Of a DNA stretch of 64,000 nucleotides, positions 36,112-48,589 are shown one piece after another. Source of the stretch: Chiloscyllium plagiosum (Eukaryota); assembly GCF_004010195.1 (NCBI RefSeq), contig NC_057719.1:9002333-9066332 (forward strand), in the 5' to 3' direction. The notes beneath the pieces are model-generated. The model did not search any database, was not told the DNA's origin, and saw only the letters and a program-made list of their open reading frames with translations. The translations under genes were made by a program, and so were the position numbers. The number at the start of each line of letters is the position of its first letter. Positions within the stretch are counted from its first letter, which is position 1.

Positions 36112-36584
36112 CCTCCGGTGAAGTGCTGGTGTTCTGTCCTGCTTTCTATTTATCTGTCTTGGTCTGTTGTGATGGGTGATATCACCTCTGGTTCTTTTTC
36201 AGAGAAATTGGTAAATAGGGTCCAACTTTGAGTATCGCCATCAGCTCCAGGTGAAGGTTAAGTGCAAACAGTGTGTCTAAACCCATACATCCCATCCATC
36301 TCCTGTCTGGGGTGTGCTAACCCAGCTATGGACTGTTTATTCACCTCAGGACCCACCACTCCAAAGTGGAAGAGAGCCACACTCAGTCCCAAGGAGCCGA
36401 CGAAGAAGGATGAGGGGTCAGCAACAGTGAAGGATTGCCTCAGTGCTGTACTGGCAGCATTCCTTTTTGCATTTAAGCCCTGGAATGGGACTTAAACCAA
36501 GAATTTTTTGACTCACAGACAATAACATTACCCATTAGCCACAGCAGTGACCTTTCCTTATAGCTCTTTCACATGATTTTTAAG

Positions 36585-36885
36585 TTTACAGAATTCCTCG
36601 TGTGTAAACAGGCCATTCAGCCCACACCAATCCTCCGAAGAGCATCCCACCCAACCCTGTATCTTCCATGGCTCACCCACCTAGCTTGCACATTGCTGAA
36701 CACTGGGGGGCTATTTAGCACAACCAGTCCACCTGACCTGCACATCTTTGGACTGTGGGAGGATACTCACGCGGACACAGGGAGAACGTGCAAACTCCAC
36801 ACAGGGAGTCACCCAAGGCTGGAATCAAACCCAGATCTCTGACGCCATGAGGCAGTAGTGCTAACCACTGAGCCACCATACTACC
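36585..36885 (-). mobile_element. HE1 SINE
   Basis: Reverse HE1. Confidence 0.9.
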
Positions 36886-37659
36886 TGCTTAAGGACAGTC
36901 ATGTGAAGCATTTTGGGGATCTGATTTAAAAGGTGCTACAACAATGCAAGCTGTGATATTTGAATCGGTATTCCCGGACAGTCTACAATGTCCATGTGCA
37001 GATTATAATTTAATGCTGTACTCCACACACTCATGGGTCTTCATCCTATCAGTAATGGTTGTCCTTTTTATTGAATTGTTCGCCCTGCCCCTTCTATAAT
37101 TTCCCTCCCCCGCCGCCTAGTTAAAACCGAGTATTTGGCTGGGGTGCAGAAATGCAAAGTCTTAATGCTGAGGAAGAAAAGCTCCAACTACTGTCGAGGG
37201 CATCAATTGGCCAGGGGCTTGCAATCTTCCAGTGAAAGATAAAAGGCAGGACTTGCTATGTCAGGACAGGACATGAGGCAATAATGTGAGAGATGGTTCA
37301 TTAGAAAGGAGCAGTACTTGGTGATATTACCTTCTGAAATCACATACTTTTACGACAGCCAGCTTTTCCCTGTGGAGATCAATTCGCCGATGATACTAAG
37401 AGCTATATTTCAGCCTGAGATTGTTGTTTTTCAGCAAAGACATTGAAGACACAGTATTAGCCCAAGAGGCCAATAATACACTGCATTGATATAAAGTAGA
37501 CAAAATTGGTGGCTCTAATGCAGTCAAACCAAAAACTTTCCTTTGATGTTAACAACCATTTAACCTATTTCCTTTCAAAAATAGTTCTGACTTCAGGTTC
37601 CTTTCATGAAGCATTGATTCCCTCACCGCTGTATTGTTGCACAGGAAGCTTCACAGTGT

Positions 37660-38060
37660 CATTCATTCATTGGCGGCCCTCGCAGATGAGGATGACTCTC
37701 TTCGCACCCTCAGCTGAGTGAGCCCACGGCTGTCTGGACAGCCCTATAGGGCAACCACAAGTTCTGTTACCCGTGGGGCAGGTGGTGGTCACGGGAAGGT
37801 GAGGGTGGGGCAGCAGGTTGGCAACACGTAGCTTCATCCTCATAGGTGAGTCTCGCAGTGCCCGCTACCTTCCCAGATGTTTCTACACTGTGTTGGGCGG
37901 TCTCGGGCCCAGTGATTCCCAGGTGTCTGTGGGAATGCTGCACTTCCCCAGTGAGACCTTGAGGGGTATCCCTGAAGCACTTCCTCTGTCCACCTGGGGC
38001 TGGGGCCTGCCTTGGGGAGTGTTGCGTCGCTCTTGTGGACATCGTGTCCCATTGCAGCCA
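37660..38060 (-). mobile_element. RTE-clade LINE 3' end
   Basis: APGGQRKCFRDT motif on the minus strand and a (tcat)n tail at about 37660. Confidence 0.75.
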
Positions 38061-38084
38061 ATCAAGTGGAACAACTGGGCGAGG

Positions 38085-38420
38085 TGGTAAAGTAGTGACA
38101 ATGTCACCAGGGACCAATAGCCCAGGCAAACCAACCAGATATTTTGGAGATGTGGGTTCCAATCCTACAACAGCCAGTGGTGAAATCTGAATTCAATAAA
38201 AATCTGGAATAAATGGCTGTGAAAACTCCATCAATCATTGAGCAAACCATCTATCCAGTTCACTTTGGGGAAGGGAAGAGAACTAAAAACAAATAGTCCT
38301 ATTCACAACTCCAGACCTACATTAATGTGCTTTACTCTTACTGCACTCTGGGCAATGAAGAATGGACAGTAACTTCTGGCCTAGCCAGCAATGCCTTTAT
38401 CCCACAAACAAATTTTTAAA
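38085..38420 (+). mobile_element. SINE family B
   Basis: Head atgtcaccagggaccaatagcccagg..gggttccaatcc, body tgaattcaataaaaatctggaat, and the shared tail. Confidence 0.7.
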
Positions 38421-38484
38421 AAGTATTTCATTGTTTCTGTTGTTAAATCTCTGCAATTCTCTAACTGAGGCCTTATCAGGCTGG

Positions 38485-38903
38485 TGAAGCGCTTATGTCC
38501 GAAATGTCAATTTTCCTTTGGGTGGCACAGTGGTGAGCACTACTGCCTCACAGTGCCAGGGACCCAGGTTCAATTCCTGCCTCAGGTAACCGTCTGTGTG
38601 GTACTTGCATATTCTCCCTGTGTCTGCGTGGGTTTCTTCCAGGTGCTCTGGTTTCCTCCCACAACCCAAAGTTGTGCATGGCAGGTGAATTGGCCATGCG
38701 AAATTGCCCATAGTGTTAGGTGCATTAGTCAGGGGTATATTGAGGGTAGGAGAATGTGTCTGGGTGGGTTACTCTTCGGACAGTCAGTGTGGACTTGTTG
38801 GGCCAAATGACCTGTTTCCATACTGTAGGGAATCTAGTCCAATCCTGCTCCTTGGATGCTGCCTGACCTGCTGTGCTTTTCCAGCACCACCTTCTTGACT
38901 CTG
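38485..38903 (+). mobile_element. PLE pLTR-derived element (family 1) split by HE1
   Basis: Decayed core ctggtgaagcgcttatgtccgaaatgtc resumes as tcctgctccttggatgctgcc. Flanking repeat atcaggctgg (38475-38484, 38904-38913). Confidence 0.7.
38519..38838 (+). mobile_element. HE1 SINE
   Basis: Full copy. Confidence 0.92.
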
Positions 38904-39849
38904 ATCAGGCTGGAGTCTGGATTGGAAGAGAGACTAATAAATAATGCAGAGATTTAGTTTTTTTTAATTATCATGTGTACTCAATACAGGAATATAAAGA
39001 GTACAGTGAAAAGTGTACAAAGTTGCCATTGTCTGGCGCAATCTTAGTTACCAAAGACAGGATTTTGAAAATATGGTGAAGTGACTGGGGAATGGCTAGT
39101 GGATACAAGGGGGATACAACAGGTCTTTCCCCTCTGTCTACTATGAGGTACAGTGCAGGTAAAACTGATACTCTGCCGAAATGAGCTCTGATTTCCCACA
39201 AAGTCTACCAAAAGTGGGAAAAGTGAGATATTCCAGGAGAAAGCTACTCAAAGTAGTGTGCACCTCAATCCAGGGTTCACCTTCCTCAGTCAGGAAACAC
39301 AGAAGGAAATAGATACTGAACCTTTCCAATTCTCTTCCTGCAGAGTTCAATTATTTTGTGTTTGATTATGTGATTCTAGTAACAGATCCATACTCAGCGT
39401 GCTTGATTGGTTGAGACTTGGTGTTGACTCAGAGCCAAAATGAACGGAAGCCCGGGTATAGATATTTTGTGATGCAGCCATGCTTTAAAACATTGTAGTT
39501 AAATTAGTCTTAGAAATTAGAAATAATACAGAAATTCAGTTCATTGTGCTTATACAATGTACAAAAGCAAGAAAACACAACACACCTAATTCACTCATCC
39601 CTCAAGCCTGTGTCACCATCGTTGAAGTAATATCTGATTTATGACCTAACTTTATACACCTTTGTCTCATATCCTTTGGTATCTTTAGTTAAGAAACATT
39701 TATCAGTCTCAGATCCAGTATTAATTACAATGTGTTGGAGTGAATTCCAAACTTCTACCACACTTCTACTTTGGTGTGGCAACTGGTTCCTCTCTTCATT
39801 CCTGAAAGGTATGGTTCTAATCTAATGTCTAGACTCCAGCAAAGAACTT

Positions 39850-40175
39850 GGGGTGGCATGCTGGCTCAGTGGTTAGCACTGCTGCTTCACAGCACCAGGG
39901 ACCCGGGTTTAACACTAGCTTCAGGTGACTCCACAAATGTCTGCATGGAGTTTACACATTCTCTCCATGTCTGCGTGGGTTTCCTCCCACAGTCCGAAGA
40001 TGTGCAGGTTAGGTGGATTGGCTGTGCTAAATTGCGCATCATGTCCAGAGATGTGCAGACTAGGGGGTTAACTGTGGTAAAAGTGGGTTACAGGAATGGG
40101 AAGCGGGGAGGATGCGATGCTCTCTGGAGGGTTGATGGGCAGAATGGCATCCATTTGCACAGTAAAAATTCTATT
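39850..40175 (+). mobile_element. HE1 SINE inserted in an old minus-strand CR1 (about 39575-40210)
   Basis: HE1 head and body; CR1 tail-like flanks. Confidence 0.88.
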
Positions 40176-40614
40176 TCCAGAGGAGGTAGTTTCCCTTTAC
40201 CTACCTTGTTGTGTGTGATACTCTTAACATGAAAGTTCAGCAAAGGAGAGAGACACCAGGAGGCATAAACATTCAAAGCTGTTAGTGTACAGTCTTTGGA
40301 ATCACATGATTGGTATCTCCCCTATCCTCCCTTTTATTTTAAGAACATATTTACTGTCTATTAAACAAAGCAGGGCTCCCAGTAAACAACACAAGGACCA
40401 AATGAAGTGAGATATTGTTATTGTATTGTTACTGGGCGAGTAACCTACAGGACGAGGACAATCCGTGGGGGAACCAATGCTCTCTCTAAACCAAGTTGTT
40501 CCAAAGTTCTGCATGCCCTGATCGTGTGCCAAAGCACTGATGCCCAATTCCGAAAGCTGCTGCCATGACAGACCTCAGACGTCTACGCACATAAAGAAAA
40601 GTATCAGAAGAATT

Positions 40615-40885
40615 ATTGCTGGGGACATGGGTTCAAATCTCACCATGGTTGCTGGTGGAATTTAAATGAAATGAATTCGTCCTCAATGTTCCAAAATCCA
40701 TCTGGTTTGCTAATGTCCTTCAAGAAAGGAAATCTGCTGTCTTTACCAGGTCTGACCGACATGCTGTCCAGACCCACAGCCATGTGGCTGACTCTCAGAT
40801 GGCCTTGCAAGCTACTCAGTTTAAGGACAATTAAGGATGGGTACCCAGGACTGACCTTGCCAGTGATGCTCACACCCAGTGGAAG
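40615..40885 (+). mobile_element. SINE family B
   Basis: ggggacatgggttcaaatctcaccatgg...ctggtttgctaatgtcc...ccagacccacagc...ggacaattaaggatggg. Confidence 0.8.
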
Positions 40886-40974
40886 AAGGGATGGCGGTAT
40901 AGTAATTATTAATACAGTGCCAATCAATGTCATTGGCCCAGAATGATTTAAACAATCAAGTCTGATTCCTGGAC

Positions 40975-41270
40975 AGAAGCACCAGGAGCAGGTGGAGGCC
41001 ATTCAGCCCCTCTGCCATTTAATACGATCATGGCTGATCTCATCTCAGACTCAACTCCACTTCCCTGCCCGCTCTCCAAAACCCGTCAGCCCATTACTAA
41101 TTCAAAATCTGTCTGCGTCATCCTCAAAATCTGCTCAACGTCCCAGCATCCACCACATTCTGTGATAGTGAATTCCACAGATTCACAACCCTTTGAGAGA
41201 AGTTGTTTCTCCTCAATTCTATTTTAAATCTGTTAACTCCGATCCTAAATCTACAACCCGTTGCACCACA
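40975..41270 (-). mobile_element. CR1 LINE 3' end
   Basis: FKIELRRNNFSQRVVNLWNSL motif and the 3' UTR. Confidence 0.85.
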
Positions 41271-42189
41271 CGCTCCATGTCTGAAGGCTGTAAATTGTAC
41301 TTGTTTGAGATTTTTAAAACACTGAAATGTTACTTTCTCTTCTTCCTTTCTCTTTCTCCCTCTTCTGCTTCTTTCTTTCAACTCAGTCTGTTTCCCTCTC
41401 TCTTTCTAACCTGATCCACCTCGTTTCCCTTATAGTTGTCCCTCTGTTCTGCTCACACGCCATAAATCCCAATGAGATCAATTGTTGATCTCCCCGACTA
41501 CCCGGTCTTATTGCCCTCAGCTCACTCTCCCCATGAGATTACGCAGCAAGTTATATTTTAGCTGAAGGGTGCAGGAAACAGTCTGACGGTGTTAAGTCTC
41601 AGATGCAGCTAAATATTATGTGGAGCACATGTCTGTTCTAAGGATTGAAAGTGACTTAAAGCTGCTGAATAAACTGGATGATTTCCATCCCATCAGAGAC
41701 CTGGATATGATGTGACAAAGCCATTTCAGAGCCTTGTTGTTGCTGCATTCAGTTGGATCATTATTACTTTTGGGCAAAGAGGCAGATCTGAGTCTCACGT
41801 GTGCCTCACCCTTCATCTCAGTCATTCAGACCGTGGAAGGAAGCTCCTTTCAGCTGGCTCTGACAAAAGCAGAGGTTGATTTCGCCATTTTCCAATTGTG
41901 CACTGAACGCTAATGAGCTCTTGATGCTTGTTAATTTCCCTTGCCACACAGGTCAGTATCTTGCTCCTTCAACTGCACATTGACACCTTGCCATTTTAGG
42001 ATGTGTACTTGATTGTGAAGTGGGAACACGGAAATGATACTGCGAGCGGACTGAGGATATTTAGGAGAATTTCAAGAAAATCTAAAACTCCTGGACAGAT
42101 CATAGCCTGTTAATTTTACTTTCTGCCATTCTCCCTCGCTCTAGAGATGCACTAAATTGCTTCCTGAATTCATTTTTGCTGCATTATCC

Positions 42190-42345
42190 CTCAAATCGAC
42201 ATCACCGAGAGTCTGATAATCATCTCACCGCTGTCTGAGTGCAAATTACCTGCCATGTTCCCTACATTGCAACAGTGACTGGACCTCTAAAGTCCTTTAT
42301 TGGTTTTACAGCATTCCGGTATGTCATGAAGTCTTTCTTTGTCTC
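42190..42345 (+). mobile_element. DeuSINE-like 3' remnant
   Basis: ttatccctcaaatcgacatcacc...gttccctacattgcaacagtgact. Confidence 0.5.
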
Positions 42346-42434
42346 TTTTTCTTTAGCTTTTTGGTTAAACACTTCCACATGGTCTTATTTCGAGAACAGA
42401 TTCTGCATGACCCACTTATCTTTCTCTAATTTCT

Positions 42435-42624
42435 GATTTACAGATTACAGATTACAGATTACATTACAGTGTGGAAACAGGCCCTTCGGCCCAACAAGTC
42501 CACACCGACCCGCCGAAGCGAACCCACCCATACCCCTACATTTATCCCTGCACCTACACTACGGGCAATTTAGTATGGCCAATTCACCTGACCCTGCACA
42601 TCTTTGGACTGTGGGAGGAAACCG
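42435..42624 (-). mobile_element. HE1 SINE 3' half (headless)
   Basis: (gattaca)n tail and reverse body, ending at gggaggaaaccg. Confidence 0.92.
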
Positions 42625-42823
42625 CCTCCGGGTGCTCCGGTTTCCTCCCACAGTCCAAAGATGTGCAGGTCAGGTGAATTGGCCATGCCAAATTGTCCCT
42701 AGTGTTAGGTGCATTAGTCAGAGGGAAATGGGTCTAGATGGGTTACTCTTTGGAGGGTCGGTGTGGACTTGTTGGGCTGAAGGGCCTCTTTCCACACTGT
42801 AGGGAATCTAACCTAATCTAATC
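42625..42823 (+). mobile_element. HE1 SINE 3' half (headless)
   Basis: Starts at cctccgggtgctccggtttcc and ends aatctaacctaatcta. Confidence 0.92.
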
Positions 42824-43984
42824 ACCCCCTTTCCATCAATCAGGTCAGTAATGAAACTCCTTCCCCTAGTAATCCACCAATAGGATCATAGAATTGTGCC
42901 AACACAGAAGGCCATTTGACTCATCATGTCTGGCTTGGTCTCCCAGGGTTCAATTCACACACTGCTCTCTCCTCATATCCTGCACATTGCTCCTCTTCAG
43001 TTGTTTACAAAATGTAGAAAAAATCGTGCGTGAAAGAAGGAGGCCGCTTTGGGCCCTTGAATCTGTGGAAGCCATAAAACGAGGGACCCTGCTTGGTCCC
43101 ATTTCCAGCTCTTGGGGATTAATGAAGTCCAGATGCATAACCTGACACCTTCTGAATGAGATGAGAGTTTCTGGCTCTATTCCCTCCTCTCCCTGCCCCC
43201 CACCCCCAAACCGGCCCTGCTTTAGGTAGTACGTTCCAGACCCCTTGTCGCTTTCTCTGTGAAAAAATATATTTTCCTCACCTCTTCTCTAATCCTCCAT
43301 CAATCACTTTAAACGCATCACCACATTGTCACTTCCCCTCTGCTAACTAAAATAGGCTCTTCCCCTCCATTCTATCCTAGCCCTTCACAATCTTGTACAC
43401 CCCCATCAATTGTGTTTGCTGCACAGTTCGATCCACATCTGCTCTTCCAGTTGACTTTAGTTGGGCCATCTTGAAGTTTTCTCTTTCAAAAGTAAGCCCA
43501 AGCTCCTTCAGGGTTTTCAATATGTTTTCCTTATGCTCACTCGCTGAACGTCCCAGGTTCCGAATCAGGTGAAAAATACGTCAGGGGCTTGCACAGGCAT
43601 TATAGACCGAATGGCGCCCCTCTCATGCTTTAAGACTGAAAGGTTGATGTTTTTTCCTAATTTAAAATCCTCACGCCCAATATCATCATTGTCACGTTAT
43701 CCATACCCCTTTTTAGTTCACTGACATTGCAGGGGAATCCAAGTCCCAGAGGTGTGTAATAATCTCGAAACAGTTGATGAGAAAAGATCTATAATAAAAG
43801 CAGGTGTCTCAGAATGCAGTGAAAGAGGATGTGTTGCTGAATGACATGCCTTTTAACACTTGAGCAGATTTCTGACACCCCCCCAGGACAGTATAAAGCA
43901 GATTTTACATGCAGTATGTAACAAGGAAGTCAATCCATCGCTACCTTGGGGTTGAATTTTTCCATTTGCATAAGGGGACGAGAA

Positions 43985-44105
43985 TGTCTGTGGTGCAGTG
44001 GACATGTCCCTGCCTCTGAGCCAGTGGCTCCAGGTTTAAGTCCAGGACTCAATGGCCAAGGAGGATGCATTCGCAATGTGGCTCAACAGGTTGGTTATCC
44101 AATTG
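43985..44105 (+). mobile_element. tRNA-derived SINE (family C)
   Basis: gtggtgcagtgg...gtccctgcctctgagccag...ggtttaagtcc. Confidence 0.65.
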
Positions 44106-44549
44106 TATTGTCAATGACTTGAGGATAGGTGGTGTTCCTGGTCAGCCACGGTGGTGGAGAGAACATGGAACAGCTCCCATCACTATCCATGGTCACAAAT
44201 GTGCGTTGCCGCAGTAACCCGACACCTTGGGGAGGGCTGATTGACATCAGGTACTTTCTCTTGGTAACTTGTGGTATTTCCAACTTTACCAGTAGGTGGC
44301 ATTGGGTGAGGTATGTTTCAGGCAGTTTGCTGCCACCAATCAGCCTTTGTCTTGGGACTAGCTCACCATCAGTGGTACAGGATACACTACCGTAGAGTAC
44401 CGAAGAGGTACTGTCCTTAAATAACAAGAAGGTTCACCGCATGAGAGCATTGACTGCAACTACATTTGGTCAGGTATTGTGATTAGAACTGGGAGCTGGT
44501 GCAGCTACACCTCAACAATTCGAGTCGAGTCCCTAATAGAAGATGTGAC

Positions 44550-44825
44550 GGTCTAGTGGCATTAATGCTAGACCATTAATCCGGAGACCCAGGTAACATT
44601 CTGGGTTCAAATCCTGCCATAATAGATGGTGAAATTTGAACTCAATAACAAGCTTGGAACTAAGAGTCCAATGAAAACATTGACAGGGGAAATCTAGGTC
44701 ACTAATGCCCTGGTCTGATCTACATGCAACTTCTGACCCACAACAATAACAACATGTGGTGTCTCTTAATGCTTTCTGGCAATAAATGCTGGACCAGTCA
44801 ATGAGACCCACATCCCATGAACAAA
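44550..44825 (+). mobile_element. SINE family B
   Basis: Head, body and tail ggcaataaatgctggaccag..cccacatcccatgaac. Confidence 0.75.
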
Positions 44826-45224
44826 ACTAAACCTCCATCTACAACAGTGTTTGTGAGAGACATCAGTCAAATTGGTGAAGCCAAACGTTGCTGTTGTGAC
44901 AGTTGGTACCAACAGGCAGATTGGTACCTCATTGCCCCACCCTTGCTGGAGGACCTGCCCTTTGGCAAAGAACTATGGAGGAAATGGATGAACAAAGGGT
45001 GGTAATTTGAGAAAAGTTACACTCCCCGATGGCAACACTGGATCTTGCTGCCTCCAGAATGAGATACAATTTTCGAAGAACAAGGAACTTGCCTCAAGTA
45101 ACATCCCATTAATCTCCAGTAATGGGCTAGGGATAGTTCAGATGCAAACACAGTGGAGATGGAAATGGGAATGTGGTTTAAATTGGGTGTCCCAACTGAA
45201 CCATTCCCAACCTATTGTTCTGTT

Positions 45225-45520
45225 CATTCCTGGGAAGTGGGCAATGCTGGCTGGACCAGCATTTATTGCCCATCCCTCATTGTCCTTGAAAAGGTGGTGG
45301 TGAGCTGCCTTCTTGAACCGTTATATGTGCTATAGATAGACCCACAATGCCCTTAGGGAGGAAATTCCAGGATTTTGACCCTGTGACAGTGAAGAAATAG
45401 CGATATATTTTCCAGTCAGGATGGTGATTGGCTTGGGGGGGAACTTGCAGGTGATGGTGTTCCCTTGTATCTGCTGCCCTTGTCCTTCTAGATGATCATG
45501 ATCATGGGTTTGGAAGGTGC
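45225..45520 (-). mobile_element. LINE family B 3' end
   Basis: Reverse of 32050-32345. Confidence 0.8.
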
Positions 45521-46592
45521 AACAGCGTGAGGTACAACTTACACTCACACATTCTCTGGATCAAACAAGCAAGCCATATACCACTGCTTTATATGAATAT
45601 ATAATTACCACAAAACCTTCTTCTGGAAATAATGAAGAGGTAATAAATGCAACTTTTGCAGAAGTAGGTGCATTGTGTAGAGCCACTGATTGGTCTAAAA
45701 GTGCATTGTCCAGAGATTAAAGAGGGAGTAATCCCATTCCACACGTAAATGAGCTGGCTGCATTGTGTTCTCTGCTTCTCTGCAGTGTTCTGGTAAGTGA
45801 TGTGCAGTTGATTATAACCAGGCCACCATTTCAGCTGTACAATGATGAAAGTGCTCGAGTCTTTGCAATATGTGCTGTGCTATTGAAGAACCTGCTAATG
45901 AGGGCTGTCAAAATGATTAAAATACAGCACAGTATATTGAGAATAGTCCCAGAGAGAGCTTCGTGGGGATGTCTTGGTGTCTAATATCTGATGCATATAA
46001 AAGAAGGTTTATGAATTTGAATGAATAGCAACATAGTTGCAAAATGAAAGCACTGATTTTTTTTTTCTTCCCTTTCTCTCATTCCCTTCCCACTAACTAC
46101 TCCCTATAAATAGCCCGCTCAAAAAAATCTTTTAAAATTTAATTGAACCCACAGATAGATATCGCTCAATATTTTTAAATGTCCAATTTCTCAGAATGTG
46201 ATTTTAATGATACTTACTTTAAAAAACAGACTTTATTGGGTTCAATTTTGATAAAGTACGTTTAATTTCTGTCAAGGCAAAACAAAAAAATTGATCTGTT
46301 AATTAATTTTGAAATAATTGATGTAGAAGTATCTCGTAATAACTTTTTTTAAAAATAAAACTCCACTTGAATCATCATCCTCTGCCTTTTATCTAGCTCC
46401 AGTTAAATGCAGAGCTGTCACTTGGCAGGCATACATGGGGCAGAGGAATGGCGTTAATGAAAATAAGCTTAAAATTGCACATAGTGGGCATGGAGGAGAA
46501 ATGCCAGCTCACCATTTTGTTGTTTACCTATTCAGAGGGGAGGCCCACTGACTCACAAGGAACTTTTACACGATCATTTTCTGTGTTTTAAG

Positions 46593-47066
46593 AATTTTGC
46601 CACTTCTCAGCCCATTGGCCCATCTGATCAAGATCCTGCTGTAATCTGAGGTAACCTTCTTCACTGTCCACTACACCTCCAATTTTGGTGTCATCTGCAA
46701 ACTTACTAAGTATACCTCTTATGCTCGCATCCAAATCATTTATATAAATGATGAAAAGTAGTGGACCCAGCACCGATCCTTGTGGCACTCCACTGGTCAC
46801 AGGCCTCCAGTATGAAAAACAACTCTCCACCACCACCCTCTGTCTTCTACCTTTGAGCCAGTTCTGCTTCCATATGGCTAGTTCTCCCTGTATTCCATGA
46901 GATCAAACCTTGCTAACCAGTCTCCCATGGGGAACCTTGTTGAATGCCTTGCTGAAGTCCATATAGATAACATCTACCGCTCTGCCCTCATCAATCCTCT
47001 TTGTTACTTCTTCAAAAAACTCAATGAAGTTCATGAAACATGATTCCACATGCACAAAGCCATGTT
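46593..47066 (-). mobile_element. HER1/CR1 RT core fragment
   Basis: SGVPQGSVLGPLLFIIYINDLD..SKFADDTK. Confidence 0.95.
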
Positions 47067-47179
47067 AAGACTGGTTGAAATAAAAGATCTATTTCCGTAC
47101 TGTATGACTCTGTGACTCCATTTAAGGGAAAGGCTGGACATGCATTTGAGGCAAAAGACAATGGATTATTCCAATTGAT

Positions 47180-47582
47180 TTACAGAATCACAGAATCATT
47201 ACATTTGGCCCATCTTGACTGCTCGAAGCTCATTAAATTAACATCATTGCCTAGTGCCAATCCCTAAAGAACTTGCCTCCACCACATTTCCACGTAGTGC
47301 ATTCCAGGCCTGACCACTTGCTGAGTGGAAAGGAATTTCTTCACATCTCCCTTGCATATCTCTTTCTATCAATTCCCTCTCATTCTTGTTTCTTTTATGA
47401 GCAGGAACAGTTTCTCTGGATCTACCCTATCAGGCCCACTCATGGTTTTGAAAACCTCTATCAGATCTCCTCTCAGACTTCTTGTCTCCAAAGACAACAG
47501 TCCTAACTTCTCTAATATATTCTCATCACTGAAGTTCCTCATCCCTGGAACCATTCTCATAAACCACCTCTGCACTCTCTCT
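47180..47582 (-). mobile_element. CR1 LINE 3' fragment
   Basis: LERVQRWFMRMVPGM..LEKLGLLSLE..LRGDLIEVFK. Confidence 0.85.
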
Positions 47583-48190
47583 AATAGAGTCATAGAGTAA
47601 TACAACATGGAAACAGGCTCTTCGGCCCGCACTTGGTCCATGCTGACTGTGGTGCCCACTAAGCTCGTTCCAATTGCCCGCACTTGGTCCATATCTCTCT
47701 AAACCCTTCCTGTCCATGTATCTATCCAAACATCTTTTAAATGTTGCTAACGTACCTACCTCAACCACTTTCTCTGGCAGTCCATTCCATAAATGCACCA
47801 CTCTCTGCATGAAAAAGTTGCCTTTCAGGTCTTTCTTAAATCTTTCCACACTCACCGTAAACCTATGTGTCTGATTTTCAATTCCCCATCCCTGGGAAAA
47901 AGACGAAATGTTATCATCCTATCTATGCCCTTCATGATTTTATAAACCTAAATAAGGCCACCCCTCATTCTCTTACATTCCAAGGAATAAAGTCCTATCC
48001 TGGCCAACCTCTCCCTATAACCCAGATCTACAAGTCCCGGCAACATCCGCGTAAATCTTCTTTGCACCCTTTCCAGTGTGACTTTAACTTTCTTATAACA
48101 GGGTGTCCAAACCTGCACACAATACTCCAAGTACGGCCTCACCAATGACTTATACAACTGCAATGTAACGTCCCAACTCCTATACTCAAT
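47583..48190 (-). mobile_element. HER1/CR1 LINE 3' fragment
   Basis: LYKSLVRPYLEYCVQVW..LERVQRRFTRMLPG and FFMQRVVHLWNGLP, plus the tail. Confidence 0.93.
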
Positions 48191-48589
48191 GTATTCACAT
48201 CACTTCTATAACGTGCCACACTATAAATCTGGATAAGGAAAGATCGTAAGAGGCTTGAGTGGAACACAAACCCTGATATGACGTGGCATTGTCAAATAAA
48301 TAGAGCCAGAATACTCAGGAGAGTTGTTAGGAAGTACCTCTGCACCAAAAGGGTGGGAGAGGTTTGGAGCGCTCTTCCCCAATCAGGATGGAGGGAGAAC
48401 TTTTAAGAAGTGGGGTTCCCATATGATTATTCCATTTGTCCTTCTAGGCTGTAGGTGCCTTGGGTCTGACAATATCAGAGTTGTTAATGAAATAAGGTTT
48501 CAAGAAAATAGGAGTGGCGGGGGTGTGGGGTGGGGGGAGGAGGAAGAATGGGTTCTGGGTTATCTATTAGACTGGGAAATGAAAGAATA

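Larger units (their letters stand above)
33510..36225 (-). mobile_element. Penelope-like element (Poseidon-type), near full length with two direct pseudo-LTRs
   Basis: Direct repeats of about 216 bp at 33510-33726 and 36010-36225, with RT and GIY-YIG ORF fragments between them. Confidence 0.92.
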
